DNA of 64,000 bases, taken from Schmidtea polychroa (taxonomy: Eukaryota). The notes beneath the pieces are model-generated. The model was not told the DNA's origin and ran no database searches. It saw only the letters and a program-made list of their open reading frames with translations. A program made the translations under genes and the position numbers. The DNA is taken from the NCBI GenBank assembly GCA_044892525.1, contig CM097885.1, forward strand, positions 53,632,001-53,696,000. The letters run 5' to 3'. Below are positions 61,705-64,000 of the stretch, piece after piece. Numbering within the stretch: position 1 is the first letter of the stretch; the number at the start of each line of letters is the position of its first letter.

Positions 61705-63499
61705 ATTTTTATTAATATTACTATTATTTTTATTATGATTATAATTATTATTATTTTTATCAATATTAATATTATTTTTATTTTTTATTATGATTATCAT
61801 TATTTTTTATTATTATAATTATTATTAATATTTTTATTAATATTAGTATTATTTTTATTATGATTATTATTTTTATTAATATTAATATTTTTTTTATTAT
61901 GATTATTATTATTATTAATAATATTAATATTATTATTATTATTACAATTATTTTTATTATTATTATTTTTATTATTATTATTATTATCATTGAAATTTGC
62001 ATCTAAATTTGCCTTTGAAAATTATTTCATTAAAATTTCCATTTAAATTTCTCTTTGACAATTATTAATTCATTAAAATTTCTATTTAAAATTAGCTTAA
62101 AAAATTATACCATAAAAATTTCTATTAAAATTTAACTTAAAAAAAATATTTCATAAAAATGTTCAATAAATATTAACTTAAAAAAATTATTCCATAAAGG
62201 TTTCTATTAAAATTTGACTTTAAAAATTATTTCTTAAAAATTTTATTTTAAATTTTTATTTCTCAGAAGCGGTTGGTTATTCCAACATTTTGTTAATAAA
62301 TTTTTATTTAAAGTTTTGAACCTATAATTTAAAAATAAAACATTAATTTACCTATTTATCCTTGTATTACTTTATTTAAATTTTTTTACTATAATTTACA
62401 ACCAAATATAGCCCTTATTTTCATATTTAACCAATAATTTCATGTAGTGATTGATTAATTGACAATGATTTGCATCTTTAATTACTATTGAAAAATAATA
62501 CATAAAACTTTCCATCTAAAATTAACTTTGAAAAATAATTCATAAAAATTAACTTAAAAAATAATTATTTCATTAAAATTTTCATCTAAAATTAACATTG
62601 AAAAATATTTCATAAAAATGTCTATTAAAAATTATCTTAAAAAATATACTTTAAAAATTTTCATTTAAAATTTTCAATTCTCAATCACTAACTATTATTC
62701 AAACCTTTTGTTAATAAATTTTAAAATATAACTTTAATTTACTTATTACATTACTTAAATTTACTTATTTAACTTTAATTTAAAGTTTTTGACCATTGAT
62801 TACTTAATTTTAAATTTTGAACCTTAATTAACTTTAATTTTATTTTTTTAGAACCTTAATTAACTTATTTGAGCCCGTTGATTACTTTAATTTAAATATT
62901 TGGACCTTAATTAACTTATTTGAACCCGTTGATTAATTTAAATAAATTTTTTTTAGAACCTTAATTAACTCATTTTATCTCATTGATTACTTTAATTTAA
63001 TTTTTTTAGAACCTTAATTAACTTATTTGAACCTGTTGATTAATTTAATTTAATTTTTTTTTAGAACCTTAATTAACTCATTTGAACCCATTGATTACTT
63101 TAATTTAATTTTTTTTTGAACCTTAATTAACTTATTTGAACCTGTTCATTAATTTAATTTAATTTTTTTTTAGAACCTTAATTAACTCATTTGAACCCAT
63201 TGATTACTTTAATTTAATTTTTTTTTGAACCTTAATTAACTTATTTGAACCTGTTGATTAATTTAATTTAATTTTTTTTAGAACCTTAATTAACTCATTT
63301 GAACCCATTGATTACTTTAATTTAATTTTTTTTAGGATCTTAATTTACTTATTTGAACCTTAATTTACTTATTTCAGCCCATTGATTACTTTAATTCAAA
63401 AATCTTAGCCCATAATTTACTTTAATTTCATAATTTACTGTAATTCAATTTTTTAGACCATTATTTACCTATTTATCCTTAATTTACCATGTTTTTTTT

Positions 63500-64000
63500 T
63501 AGTGTAGACCACCTTTTACTATTGAAAATATCCTGACACCTTAAATTACCATGGCTTTTTAGTGATAATCAGATTTTGTATTGAAAATCCCAGGACCAAG
63601 GAGACCCACCCAAATAATACTGACTTATCCTTGGCATTTTGTATTGAAAATAACATGAGACTTTAAATTGCCACTGTTTTTTAGTGTAGACCACCTATTT
63701 GTATTGAAAATATCCTGAGACCTTGAATTACCAAACTTTTTTAGTGTAAACCGTCTTTTTGTATTGAAAATATCCTGAGACTTTAAATTGCCACTGTTTT
63801 TTAGTGTAGACCACCTATTTGTATTGAAAATATCCTGAGACCTTGAATTACCAAACTTTTTTAGTGTAAACCGTCTTTTTGTATTGAAAATATCCTGAGA
63901 CTTTAAATTGCCACTGTTTTTTAGTGTAGACCACCTATTTGTATTGAAAATATCCTGAGACCTTGAATTACCAAACTTTTTTAGTGTAAACCGTCTTTTT
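63500..64000. repeat. 120-bp (2 x 60-bp) satellite of the right arm, continuing past the window
   Basis: Near-perfect 120-nt periodicity at 63661-64000; reverse complement of 32970-33365. Confidence 0.95.

Larger units (their letters stand above)
32845..64000. repeat. Giant inverted repeat (foldback) centred near 42005; the right arm runs off the window
   Basis: 32970-41985 is the reverse complement of 42025-45596 plus 60683-64000 at near identity, apart from arm-specific insertions and satellite copy number. Confidence 0.95.

Noticed and set aside
63661..64000. Regular repeat-spacer appearance of the 60-bp units
   Set aside because: The apparent spacers alternate between two fixed sequences, so this is a dimeric satellite and not a CRISPR array.
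32845..64000. Palindrome as a simple sequencing or amplification fold-back artefact
   Set aside because: The arms differ by several bona fide insertions with target-site signatures and by substitutions, which a read-level fold-back would not create; mis-assembly still needs read-level exclusion.

Overview
Very AT-rich eukaryotic (probably invertebrate) genomic DNA, dominated by mobile elements. Only two host genes are supportable: an intronless UFD2/UBE4 U-box ligase (19354-22131, -) and one exon of a core-2/I-branching GlcNAc transferase (13216-13988, -). The left half is a patchwork of decayed hAT, Tc1, gypsy and RLE non-LTR fragments, satellites, a TBP-like pseudogene and a dense AP-1 site cluster. 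From about 32.85 kb to beyond the window end there is a giant non-coding inverted repeat centred near 42005. Its two near-identical arms carry different insertions: a piggyBac MITE and an intact Tigger/pogo in the left arm, and a complete but mutated ~14.9-kb Polinton/Maverick (adintovirus-like) at 45597-60469 in the right arm. The most unusual points are: tRNA-like Pol III units at the Polinton ends; a double-ended ~247-bp cassette at each Polinton terminus that mirrors the architecture of the palindrome centre; a 213-bp target duplication in place of a 6-bp TSD; a PLA2-integrase fusion; and homology between the palindrome centre and the sequence abutting the TBP-like relic. All alignments and translations were made by eye, so boundaries of degenerate elements are approximate.
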